Source: Mesorhizobium sp.
GTDB taxonomy: Bacteria; Pseudomonadota; Alphaproteobacteria; Rhizobiales; Rhizobiaceae
DNA: 64,000 nucleotides
Assembly (NCBI RefSeq): GCF_004962245.1
Contig: NZ_SUHQ01000002.1
Span: forward strand, 273,469 to 337,468
Direction: 5' to 3'
Under the pieces are notes generated by a model. The model worked only from the letters and a program-made list of their open reading frames with translations, did not search any database and was not told where the DNA came from. Position numbers and translations under genes: made by a program. Shown piece after piece: positions 53,991 to 62,554 of the stretch. Each line of letters starts with the position of its first letter. The stretch's first letter is position 1.

Positions 53991-55151
53991 GTGAAGAAGT
54001 CATTCATCAGGCATTTCAATGCCAATGCGATCTTCCACAGGATACGCATCGAGCCCAACGTTTCGCAGCGAGACATCGCCACGAAGACGGGTATCGACAA
54101 ATCCGTTGTCTCCTCAATTATCAATCAATTCAGTGAGTTGGGACTGGTCGAGCGCAATCCTGTAGCGAGCGGCAACAAACCTGGCCGCCCTATGGAAGGG
54201 CTCGTCATCTCTCCTGAAAGCGGCCTGATCGTTGGAGTCCAGATCGAGGCGGATACGATCGGCTATGTCGCCGCCGCACTCGACGGAATTCCATTGTGCT
54301 CCAGGGCACAGGCTTTCGACGGCAAGCTCGGCGGCGTGGTCGATCTGGTCGCACGGGGGATCAACGAGATCGTCGGCGAATGCGCCCGCAAGGGCGACAC
54401 GCTCGGCGTCGGCATTTCAGTTCCGGGTCTCCTTACAGACGAAGGCGTGTTGCTTCACGCCCCCGTCCTTGGATGGCGCGGCGTCCCGGTGGTGGACATG
54501 TTCGCCTCGGCATTGGAAGCGCCCGTTTTTGCGGGCAACGACGGCAAGGCCGCCGCGATGGCGGAATACATGTTCGGAGAATGCGTCGACGTTAAGGACT
54601 TCATCTATCTGTTTTCGGGCTCGGGTGTCGGGGGCGCCTTGTTCCTTGACGGCGACATCTACCGCGGCGCGACCGGACTGGCAGGGGAGTTGGGGCACAT
54701 CAAGGTTGTCCCGCAGGGCCGCTATTGTTCCTGCGGAGCTTCGGGTTGCCTTTCGGCCTACCTTTCCGAGCCCGCGCTGGCCGATGAGATCGGCAGGCTG
54801 ACCGGCAAGCTGCCTTCCTCCTTCAACGAGATCATCGAGCGCGCCCGCGCTGGCGATGAGGCCGTTATCGGTGTGCTCGACAATGCGGGCGCGGTCCTCG
54901 GTTCCGCGATTTCCAGCCTCGTGAATATCTTCAATCCGCCACTGGTCTGCCTTGGCGGCGATATGGCGAGCGCCGAGCCTTACCTTCGGCCGGCGGTTGA
55001 ACGCGCCCTGCAACGACTGGCGCATCCCTCGATGTCGGTCCAGACCAAGGTGATTTTCTCGCAGTTGTCGACTGTCAGCCCGTTTCTCGGCGGTGTCGCG
55101 CTCGCGCTCGACGGTGTCACCGGTCTCGATTCTCCCCACGTCCTTCCGTGA
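53991..55151 (+). CDS. ROK-family transcriptional regulator (NagC/XylR-like)
   Basis: GTG start. N-terminal wHTH SQRDIATKTGIDKSVVSSIINQF. ROK signature LAGELGHIKVVPQGRYCSCGASGCLSAY. Confidence 0.88.
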   Translation: MKKSFIRHFNANAIFHRIRIEPNVSQRDIATKTGIDKSVVSSIINQFSELGLVERNPVASGNKPGRPMEGLVISPESGLIVGVQIEADTIGYVAAALDGIPLCSRAQAFDGKLGGVVDLVARGINEIVGECARKGDTLGVGISVPGLLTDEGVLLHAPVLGWRGVPVVDMFASALEAPVFAGNDGKAAAMAEYMFGECVDVKDFIYLFSGSGVGGALFLDGDIYRGATGLAGELGHIKVVPQGRYCSCGASGCLSAYLSEPALADEIGRLTGKLPSSFNEIIERARAGDEAVIGVLDNAGAVLGSAISSLVNIFNPPLVCLGGDMASAEPYLRPAVERALQRLAHPSMSVQTKVIFSQLSTVSPFLGGVALALDGVTGLDSPHVLP

Positions 55152-55196
55152 ATTCAACCCAGGTCAAATTCGCCAGATCAGTTCGAAAGTCAGAGA

Positions 55197-56684
55197 ATGC
55201 GCATAGGTATTGTCGGCCTCTCCATTGAGATCATGCTCGCCTCTCCTGTCCCGACCGCTTGGGACGCGATACAACATTACACCGGCAGCGACATGTCCGA
55301 AGGCGATCTCTGGATGGTCCGAGGCATGCTCGCGCGCATGGCGCAGGATGGCGACGTCGAGCCGGTCCCGTTGTACTGGGCTACGGCATTGCCCGGCGGT
55401 CCGCTCGAATTGTCGGCATATCGGCAGGTGAAGGACAAGACGCTCGCGCTCATTGGCGAACACGGGCCGTTCGACGGAATGCTGGTTGCCAATCATGGCG
55501 CGTTGGAAGTCCAGGGCCTTGACGTCGACGCGGACACCGATTTCGTCCGGGCCATCAGGAATGTCCTTGGGCCTAACGTGCCGATCGGAGTGTCGCTCGA
55601 CCTGCATGGCGACATGACTCCGGACCTTCTCGACGCGTCGACCGTCATCAGCGTTCTGCGCACCGCGCCCCATCGTGACGACAGGCAGACGGGGTACCGG
55701 GCGGCGGATCAGCTTATCCGGGTCATTCGAACCGGCATCACGCCCAAGAAATCCGTCGTCAGCCTGCCAATTCTCGTCCCCGGGGAGACTGCGGTCACTG
55801 CGCTCGAACCCGCAAAAAGCCTCTATGGCGCGCTGCCGGAATACGACAGCATGCCGGGCATGATGGAGGCGAACATCCTTGTGGGGTTTGCGTGGAACGA
55901 CCGGCCCTGGACCGCCGTGTCGGCGATTGCGGTAAGCGATGGCGACGCAGCGCTGGCGCGCGCACAGGCGACGCGATTGGCGCGAGCGATATGGGCCAGA
56001 CGCGCCGACTTCAATCTCAAGATGGAGACCGCGGAGGTTCGCCAGGGGCTGAGGCGCGCGGTCGAATGCCCGGAGCGTCCCGTTTTCGTATCCGACTCCG
56101 GAGACAACACGACGGCGGGTGCGGCCGGCGATCTGACCTTGGTCTTGCAGGCAGCGCTCGAGGACGAACAGGTCCGCGACATCGTTGTCACGGGCATCAC
56201 GGCTCCCGAAACTGTCCGCAAGCTCGTCCAGGCGGGGGTCGGCTCGACGGTGGAGATCGAATTGGGAAGCGAGCATCTTTCCCGTCCGAAAACGGCGCAT
56301 CGCGTGAGTGTGGTCGTGGAGGCATGCGGGGAAGAATTGGTGCTGCCGGGATTCCAGCCATACCGGTCCAGGGAAGGCGCCTGGGCCAAGGTTCGCAGCG
56401 GCAACGTCATCGCCACGTTCCACGCCAATTCCATCGGCATAACGACGCCGCACCATTTCCTGGCAATGGACATCGATCCGGCCAGGCACAAGGCGTATGT
56501 CGTCAAGCTTGGATACCTCCACCCCCAACTCGAGGACATCTCGGCCCGTCACATCCTTTTGCTGAGCGACGGCACCTCGCAACTGGACATGACGCGGCTT
56601 CAATGGAACGTGTTGCCTCGCCCCACCTACCCTCTCGACACGGATTTCGAATGGGACGCGCAGGCCCGGATCTACGGCGATTGA
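55197..56684 (+). CDS. M81-family (MlrC-like) metallopeptidase
   Basis: 495 aa. MRIGIVGLSIE start, HGALEV, LDLHGDM, RTAPHRD, SDSGDNTTAGAAGD are typical of MlrC_N/MlrC_C proteins as I recall them. Confidence 0.75.
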   Translation: MRIGIVGLSIEIMLASPVPTAWDAIQHYTGSDMSEGDLWMVRGMLARMAQDGDVEPVPLYWATALPGGPLELSAYRQVKDKTLALIGEHGPFDGMLVANHGALEVQGLDVDADTDFVRAIRNVLGPNVPIGVSLDLHGDMTPDLLDASTVISVLRTAPHRDDRQTGYRAADQLIRVIRTGITPKKSVVSLPILVPGETAVTALEPAKSLYGALPEYDSMPGMMEANILVGFAWNDRPWTAVSAIAVSDGDAALARAQATRLARAIWARRADFNLKMETAEVRQGLRRAVECPERPVFVSDSGDNTTAGAAGDLTLVLQAALEDEQVRDIVVTGITAPETVRKLVQAGVGSTVEIELGSEHLSRPKTAHRVSVVVEACGEELVLPGFQPYRSREGAWAKVRSGNVIATFHANSIGITTPHHFLAMDIDPARHKAYVVKLGYLHPQLEDISARHILLLSDGTSQLDMTRLQWNVLPRPTYPLDTDFEWDAQARIYGD

Positions 56685-56735
56685 TCGCCGACGCAGCCAG
56701 CGACCCTTGCAACGGCACAAACAGAAGGACGCCAA

Positions 56736-58103
56736 ATGACCATTTCTCTCACCTCCGTTCGGTTGCCGGACTTCGGTTCCCTCGGCGAAAAGCCGGATAT
56801 TCCCGTTGAGACATATGATGCTCGCGCCCGCACCGCCTACGACAAGGCAGGGTGCGACTGGCTTGCGGTTTATGCGGACCGGGAGCATTTCGGCAACATC
56901 GCCTTCCTGACGGGTTTCGAGCCGCGCTTCGAGGAGGCCTTCCTCCTGCTTGGTCCGAACGGCAAGCGCGTGCTCCTGACGGGTAACGAGTGCGAGAGCT
57001 ACGCTCCGCTCGCGCGCCTGCCCGGGATCAGCGTGCTTCTGGCCCAGACATTGAGCCTCATGGCGCAGGACCGTTCCCGTTTTCCCCGCTTTTCGGATCG
57101 TCTTGGCGACGCTGGAATAAAGGTGGGCGACACCGTGGGGCTGGTAGGCTGGAAGTATCTCGAACCATTCGAGGACGAAGCTCCCGAAACGGCCTTTTTC
57201 GTTCCCGCGGTCCACGTGCAGGCGTTCCAGCGAGCAGTTGGCGCTTCCGGCAGACTGCGGGACGTGACCCAGGTCCTGATGCATCCTGAAAACGGCGTTG
57301 CCGTCACCATCGATGCCGATCAGATCGCCGCGTTCGAATGGGCTGCGACACGCAGCTCGTTGGCAATGTGGAGGATTGTCTCGGGAGTGCGCGAGGGTGA
57401 CAGCGAGTTCGATGCCGTCTCGCGGATGGGATATGCCGGAGATCCACTGAACGTCCACACCATGTTCGCGTCGGCCAGCAAGGGTGAGCCGGTGATTGGC
57501 CTGCGAAGCGCAACAGGCCGCAAGCTTAGGCGTGGCGACGGCGTGACGACCGCGGTCGGACATTGGGGCGGCCTGTCCTCCCGAGCCGGGCTTCTCGATG
57601 TTGCCAACGACGCCTTTCTCGCCATCGCCAAGGGCTACTTCCAGGGCTTGATCTCCTGGTACGAGACGGCCGCGATCGGCGTCGAGGGCGGTGTTCTCCA
57701 TGAAGCCGTGATATCGGCGCTCGCGAAATCGAACCTGAGGCCGGCTCTCAACCCGGGGCATCTCGGCGGCTACGAGGAATGGACGCACAGCCCGGTCCGG
57801 CCAGGGTCTGAGGACCGCATCCGTTCGGGCATGCATTTTCAGGTCGATATCATCCCGACGCCGATTGCCGACGGCTGGGCGCTGAACTGCGAGGACGCGG
57901 TCGTGTTTGCCGACGAGGCGCTTCGGGCCGAACTGGAGGTCAAACATCCAGCGGTCTTCAAGCGCATGGCCGCGCGACGCGGCTTCATGAAAGACAAGCT
58001 CGGTGTGGAACTGCGCCCGGACATCCTGCCGCTTTCCTCGACACCGCTTTATTTCGCACCATTCTGGCTCAGCAGCGGCAACGTCCTCGTCCGCGATAGA
58101 TAA
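56736..58103 (+). CDS. creatinase/prolidase-fold (M24-like) protein with apparently altered metal ligands
   Basis: AGAAGGA RBS. Creatinase_N-like N-terminus (NIAFLTGFEPRFEEAFLLL). C-terminal pita-bread-like motifs RRGDGVTTAVG, NPGHLGGYEEW, GMHFQVDIIP, NCEDAVVF. Confidence 0.6.
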   Translation: MTISLTSVRLPDFGSLGEKPDIPVETYDARARTAYDKAGCDWLAVYADREHFGNIAFLTGFEPRFEEAFLLLGPNGKRVLLTGNECESYAPLARLPGISVLLAQTLSLMAQDRSRFPRFSDRLGDAGIKVGDTVGLVGWKYLEPFEDEAPETAFFVPAVHVQAFQRAVGASGRLRDVTQVLMHPENGVAVTIDADQIAAFEWAATRSSLAMWRIVSGVREGDSEFDAVSRMGYAGDPLNVHTMFASASKGEPVIGLRSATGRKLRRGDGVTTAVGHWGGLSSRAGLLDVANDAFLAIAKGYFQGLISWYETAAIGVEGGVLHEAVISALAKSNLRPALNPGHLGGYEEWTHSPVRPGSEDRIRSGMHFQVDIIPTPIADGWALNCEDAVVFADEALRAELEVKHPAVFKRMAARRGFMKDKLGVELRPDILPLSSTPLYFAPFWLSSGNVLVRDR

Positions 58104-58131
58104 CCGCTGAGATCCAGCACCGGAGGGTCCG

Positions 58132-59232
58132 ATGGCCGCCATCGAGCTGAACAAAGTCATGAAAGCCTACGGAGGCGTTCAAACGGTCCACGGGATCGAT
58201 CTTTCGATCAAGGACCACGAATTCGTGGTGCTGGTCGGCCCCTCCGGATGCGGAAAATCCACCACGCTGCGCATGATCGCGGGGCTGGAGACGATTACGG
58301 ACGGCGAGATCAAGATCGGCGAGCGGCGTGTCAATGATCTGCTCCCGGGAGAACGTGATATCGCAATGGTTTTCCAGAACTACGCGCTCTATCCTCACCT
58401 TTCGGTTGAGGACAACATCACATTCGGGCTGCGTTTGAAGAAGACCCCGCGCGGCGAAATCCAGACGAGGCTGGCCGAGACTGCGCGGATTCTGGACATC
58501 GAGCGCCTGCTCAAGCGCAAACCAAGGCAGCTGTCAGGTGGGCAGCGCCAACGCGTTGCGATGGGGCGGGCCATGATCAGGAATCCAGCGGTGTTCCTGT
58601 TCGACGAGCCGCTCTCGAACCTTGACGCCAAACTCCGCGTTCAAATGCGTGCGGAGATCAAGCAGATCCACGAAGCGGTGCCGACCACAACCGTCTATGT
58701 CACCCATGATCAGATCGAGGCGATGACGCTTGCCGACAGGGTCGTCGTGATGAATGCCGGCAAGATTGAGCAGATCGCGCCTCCTCAGGAGTTGTACTTG
58801 AAACCTGCAACCAAGTTCGTAGCCGGTTTCATCGGGTCGCCAGGCATGAACTTCATCAGCGCAGAGCTCGAACGAAACGGAGACCGGTTCAGCGGCATTC
58901 TGCCCGACGGCACACGTCTCGAGTTGCCGACCGACAGCTCCAGATTTGCCAGTGTGGGCAGACAAGGAGTCGACCTCGGCATCCGGCCCGAACATTTTTC
59001 GCTCGATTCAAAAGGCGACCACAGGGGCGCCAAGATCAAGGCCACCGCGGAGCTTGTCGAACCGCTTGGAATGGACACGCTCGTCCACTTCACCCTCGCC
59101 GATACGAAGGCAGTCGCGCGGGTTCCGCCCGATCTCTCGCTGAGGCGGCGAGCCGAACTTGCCCTCTTTGTCGACCCGCAAAACATCTATGTCTTCGATC
59201 GTCAAAGCGGGAATGCTCTGTACGGCGAATAA
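58132..59232 (+). CDS. CUT1 ABC transporter ATP-binding protein (UgpC/MalK type)
   Basis: GGAGGG RBS. GPSGCGKSTTLRMIAGLE, LSGGQRQRVAMGR, FLFDEPLSNLD. Confidence 0.92.
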   Translation: MAAIELNKVMKAYGGVQTVHGIDLSIKDHEFVVLVGPSGCGKSTTLRMIAGLETITDGEIKIGERRVNDLLPGERDIAMVFQNYALYPHLSVEDNITFGLRLKKTPRGEIQTRLAETARILDIERLLKRKPRQLSGGQRQRVAMGRAMIRNPAVFLFDEPLSNLDAKLRVQMRAEIKQIHEAVPTTTVYVTHDQIEAMTLADRVVVMNAGKIEQIAPPQELYLKPATKFVAGFIGSPGMNFISAELERNGDRFSGILPDGTRLELPTDSSRFASVGRQGVDLGIRPEHFSLDSKGDHRGAKIKATAELVEPLGMDTLVHFTLADTKAVARVPPDLSLRRRAELALFVDPQNIYVFDRQSGNALYGE

Positions 59233-59299
59233 GGGCGTGAAAAATGCCATGCTGCGTGGCAGTTTCGACCTTAACCGAAGCAACGAATGCCTCATCCTC

Positions 59300-59556
59300 G
59301 ACCGCTCCGGACGGCAGCGCGGCAGCGATGTGCCGCTAGGCGGGTGCGAAGACTGTTCATGTACGAGCATATCGAGAGCGGCCTGCTGCATTTTCGTCCG
59401 ATTGTCGAGCCGGAATTGTCGCGCACGCTCTATGTCTGCGAGATGGCCGACCGCCCGGCGACCTATGCGCTGGAGGCCGTCCGCAGCCTGATACTGGACC
59501 TCGTGCGCCGCTCGGTAGTAGACGGGCGCTGGGAAGCGCGAATGGTCATGCTTTAG
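59300..59556 (+). pseudogene. remnant of a LysR-family regulator (C-terminal ~70-80 codons only)
   Basis: ...YEHIESGLLHFRPIVEPELSRTLYVCEMADRPATYALEAVRSLILDLV... reads like the end of a LysR effector-binding domain. No HTH or N-terminal domain is found upstream, where the ABC ATPase stop lies at 59232. Confidence 0.55.
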
Positions 59557-59608
59557 GTGCCAAAGGAAGTTTGTTTTTGAAACCGGACACCGTAGATAAT
59601 TTTTCCCG

Positions 59609-60538
59609 ATGACGCCGCCAAAGAATCAAAAGCTCTTCTCCATCGGGTGCCGTTGCGGACGCCTGGCAAATCGTCTGATCATCTTCGCGAATTTCATCGC
59701 GCTGGCGGAGGAGCAAGGGGATCGCGTCATCAATTACACCTTTCACAGCTACGCCGATCTGTTTGAAGCCACGCGCGCGAACGTCCACTGCGCGTATCCG
59801 GTGCCGCAGCGGAAAAGCTGGCTGGACCGGATTCCCGGCGTCGGCGCGATCATCCGCACGACGCGCATTTTCTATCACATCACCCGCCACACCAGCGTGC
59901 TGATTGGTCGCTTTCCGGTTTTTGGCCGGAAAATTGTCACGTTGCGTCAAACCAAAGGTCAATTCATCACCTACCTGGACGGCCCAGACGTTCAGGAGAA
60001 AATCCGCCCGGCTAAAATCGTTTTCGTGTATGATTGGCGGTTCCGCGCGCCGAATCTGGTGCAGAAGCATAGCGACAAGATCCGCGCCTATTTCCAGCCG
60101 TTGGGGACGCTTGAAAAAGCGAGCCGCGAAGCCGTGGAGCCGTTACGGCGCAATGCCGACATCGTCATTGGCGTTCACGTTCGCCACGGCGATTATCGCG
60201 GTTGGAGGGGCGGCAAATATTTTTATCCAGTTGAATGTTACGCCGCATGGATGCGCGACCTCGCGAGGCAATTTCCCGGCCGCCGGGTGTCTTTTCTGGT
60301 CTGCAGCGACGAACGGCGCAACGCCGGGGAATTTCCCGGCCTGACGATCGGGTTCGGCACCAAATCTCCCGTGAGCGATCTTTTCGCGCTTTCCCGCTGC
60401 GACTACATCATCGGCACCAAGAGCACCTTTCCGCAGTGGGCGTCGTTTTATGGCGGGAAACCGTTGCTGCAAATTTTGGATCGCAATGCTTCGGTTAAAG
60501 TGGAAGATTTCCGCGTCTGTTATCTGGATTGGGACTGA
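59609..60538 (+). CDS. putative glycosyltransferase of the fucosyltransferase superfamily (GT11/GT65-like)
   Basis: 309 aa. N-terminal GCRCGRLANRL (compare GGLGNQ/GRFGNQ), HVRHGDYRGW (compare the HxRRGDY motif of alpha-1,2-fucosyltransferases), STFPQWASFYGG. No clear RBS. G+C was 56% and 48% in two 100-nt samples. Confidence 0.55.
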   Translation: MTPPKNQKLFSIGCRCGRLANRLIIFANFIALAEEQGDRVINYTFHSYADLFEATRANVHCAYPVPQRKSWLDRIPGVGAIIRTTRIFYHITRHTSVLIGRFPVFGRKIVTLRQTKGQFITYLDGPDVQEKIRPAKIVFVYDWRFRAPNLVQKHSDKIRAYFQPLGTLEKASREAVEPLRRNADIVIGVHVRHGDYRGWRGGKYFYPVECYAAWMRDLARQFPGRRVSFLVCSDERRNAGEFPGLTIGFGTKSPVSDLFALSRCDYIIGTKSTFPQWASFYGGKPLLQILDRNASVKVEDFRVCYLDWD

Positions 60539-60583
60539 AATGAAGCTTGGAATCCGTGGCGGTCCGTTCGACCCGGTGTAGCA

Positions 60584-60815
60584 TTTCCACATCAGAACCG
60601 TTCCCGGCAGGAACTCCAGTTCACCGAAAATCTCTTCCCAGGCGATGTCGCCCCAGCCGAGCGGCAAATGCAGGTCGCCAGGGCCTAGCGCGGTCGCTTC
60701 CTGAGGAAAGTCGGGTTTGTAAAAGCCCCGCGGGCGGCCGAAGGAATCGTGGACATGCAGATGCCCGGCCACCGGCCAGGTGCTTTCGATGCTGACAGCG
60801 CAAAACCATGCTCGA
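60584..60815 (-). pseudogene. remnant of a sugar-phosphate isomerase/epimerase (xylose-isomerase-like TIM barrel) gene
   Basis: ...VAGHLHVHDSFGRP...GDLHLPLGWGDIAWEEIFGELEFLPGTVLM... matches the C-terminal third of AP_endonuc_2-type proteins. The N-terminal two-thirds are absent, and the reading frame then runs antisense into the glycosyltransferase gene. Confidence 0.55.
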
Positions 60816-60855
60816 TCACCAATAGGCAGGCTCGGCACCGCACGGGTAGTGCCTC

Positions 60856-60960
60856 TAGAGCGGGATACGTTCAAATTGAACTGAGCATCCCACTCTATCT
60901 CTTTCTTTTAGCCGCATTTCCGCGACGCCAGTTATTCCACCTGGCTGCGAAAATGCTCTA
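60856..60960 (-). repeat. family-B hairpin element, copy 2 (inverted relative to copy 1)
   Basis: The reverse complement aligns end to end with 8540-8645. Its TAGAGCATTTT end (minus strand) supplies the TAG stop (60958-60960) of the DUF883-like CDS. Confidence 0.8.
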
Positions 60961-61293
60961 GAACCACCGCCGCTCGGGTTCGGAACTCCTTGCAATCACG
61001 ATGCCGAGAAGAACGCCGAGCATGCCGCCAAGCACCATCGCCGAAGAGATTGTGCCTGGGTTCTGCTGAACCGTTTCAGACACGGTGTGCGCCTGGCTAC
61101 GCAATTGCCTGGCTGCACGCGAGGCTCTGTCGGCGGCGCTATCGTACCAGCCCTGTGCCTCCTCGGCCTGGTCGGAAAGGGTCCGATTTATCTTGGTGAT
61201 TTCGCGGCGGAGCTCGGCAATCTGCTTCTTCATCGCCTCCTGGGCTTCATTTGCCGCCTTTGAGGTGCCTGCCATGCTGGTGGTTTCGGCCAT
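60958..61293 (-). CDS. DUF883/ElaB/YqjD-like membrane-anchored protein
   Basis: ATG 61293 follows GGGAGA. 111 aa: coiled-coil N-terminus, C-terminal TM MVLGGMLGVLLGIVIA. The upstream 122 track codons look non-coding. Confidence 0.7.
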   Translation of the reverse strand: MAETTSMAGTSKAANEAQEAMKKQIAELRREITKINRTLSDQAEEAQGWYDSAADRASRAARQLRSQAHTVSETVQQNPGTISSAMVLGGMLGVLLGIVIARSSEPERRWF

Positions 61294-61381
61294 TGGATTT
61301 CTCCCGTTGATGTCAAACAGGGAAACGGTCGCGGACGCGCAGGGTTCCTTGCCTTGGAAAACCGGGACGTCGATTGCGTTA

Positions 61382-62554
61382 TCAGGCATTCCCCTGCACG
61401 CGCGCCTGGTGTGCGATGACGCTCTCCTCGTCGGTCGCGATGACGCGTATTTCGACCTTGCTGTCCGGCCGGCTGATGATCTCCGCATGGCAGGCGTTGG
61501 ATGGCTCGTCGATCGCCACGCCAAGCCAATGAAGCCTTTCGCATATTGCCTTGCGGACCGGCGCCGAGTGCTCGCCAATGCCGGCGGTGAACACGAGGCA
61601 CTCGAGGCCGCCCAACGTGTTGGCGAGCGCGGCGGCCTCCCTTGCGGCCCGGAAAGCAAAAAGGTCTATCGCCTCGCGGGCTTGCGGGTCGTCGCTCGCT
61701 TCCAACGTGCGCATGTCGGCGGAGATGCCGGATATTCCGAGCAGCCCGGATTTCTCATAGAGCATGTGCTGCAGAGCCTCCCCCGAGATGCCTCTTTCCA
61801 GGACGAAATACAAAAGCACGCCCGGATCGATGGCGCCGCAACGCGTGCCCATGACCAGGCCATCGAGGGCTGAAAAGCCCATCGTCGTATCGACGCTTCT
61901 GCCGTCGCGCATGGCGCACAGGCTCGCTCCGTTGCCGAGATGGGCGACGATCGTTCGCTTCGCCGCGAGCGCGGGCGATATCCCCTTGAGCCGCCCGGCG
62001 ATGTATTCGTAGGAAAGACCATGAAACCCGTAGCGGCGGATCCCTTCCGCATCATATTTGCGCGGCAGCGCGAAACGGCTCACCATCGGGTCGATCGTCT
62101 GATGGAAGGCTGTATCGAAGCATCCGACCTGCGGCAGATCCGGCCGCAGCGCGGCGAGTTCCCGGATCGGCGCGAGACCGCGAGGCTGGTGCAGCGGAGC
62201 AAGCGGCGTCAGCCCGTTCAGGGCCTCGATCACGGCAGGCGTCAGACGGACGGGTTCGACAAACTCGCGGCCGCCATGCACGATGCGATGGCCGGCGGAC
62301 ACCAGTTTCCGGCCGCCAAGTTCGCTCTCGATCCAGTCGAGCAACGCGCCGATGCCCGCATTGCCTGCATCTCCAGCAAGCGGTCGATCGCACTGCACTG
62401 TTCCATCAACCGCTTTCGCACTGAGCCTCGGCGCATCGCCCAGATCCAGCGCACCACGCGAGACGAGTTGCAGGTCCGCGGACGGTTCAAGGTCGTAAAG
62501 TCCGAACTTGATGCTGGACGAGCCGGCGTTCAGTGCAAGAACTGCGCGCCGCAT
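61382..62554 (-). CDS. ackA: acetate kinase
   Basis: ATG 62554 overlaps the phosphoketolase TGA (ATGA). LALNAGSSSIKF, HRIVHGG, GFHGLSYEY, GLVMGTRCGAIDPG. Confidence 0.92.
   Translation of the reverse strand: MRRAVLALNAGSSSIKFGLYDLEPSADLQLVSRGALDLGDAPRLSAKAVDGTVQCDRPLAGDAGNAGIGALLDWIESELGGRKLVSAGHRIVHGGREFVEPVRLTPAVIEALNGLTPLAPLHQPRGLAPIRELAALRPDLPQVGCFDTAFHQTIDPMVSRFALPRKYDAEGIRRYGFHGLSYEYIAGRLKGISPALAAKRTIVAHLGNGASLCAMRDGRSVDTTMGFSALDGLVMGTRCGAIDPGVLLYFVLERGISGEALQHMLYEKSGLLGISGISADMRTLEASDDPQAREAIDLFAFRAAREAAALANTLGGLECLVFTAGIGEHSAPVRKAICERLHWLGVAIDEPSNACHAEIISRPDSKVEIRVIATDEESVIAHQARVQGNA

Noticed and set aside
55164-58160. 998-aa minus-strand ORF spanning the M81 and M24-fold genes
   Set aside because: It is a codon-aligned antisense shadow. 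Both sense genes start at coordinates divisible by 3 (55197 and 56736), so the complementary frame stays free of stops in G/C-rich third-position DNA. The product is Arg/Asp/Gly/Ala-rich with no recognisable motif or RBS, and the ORF closes where the next sense gene (58132) changes frame.
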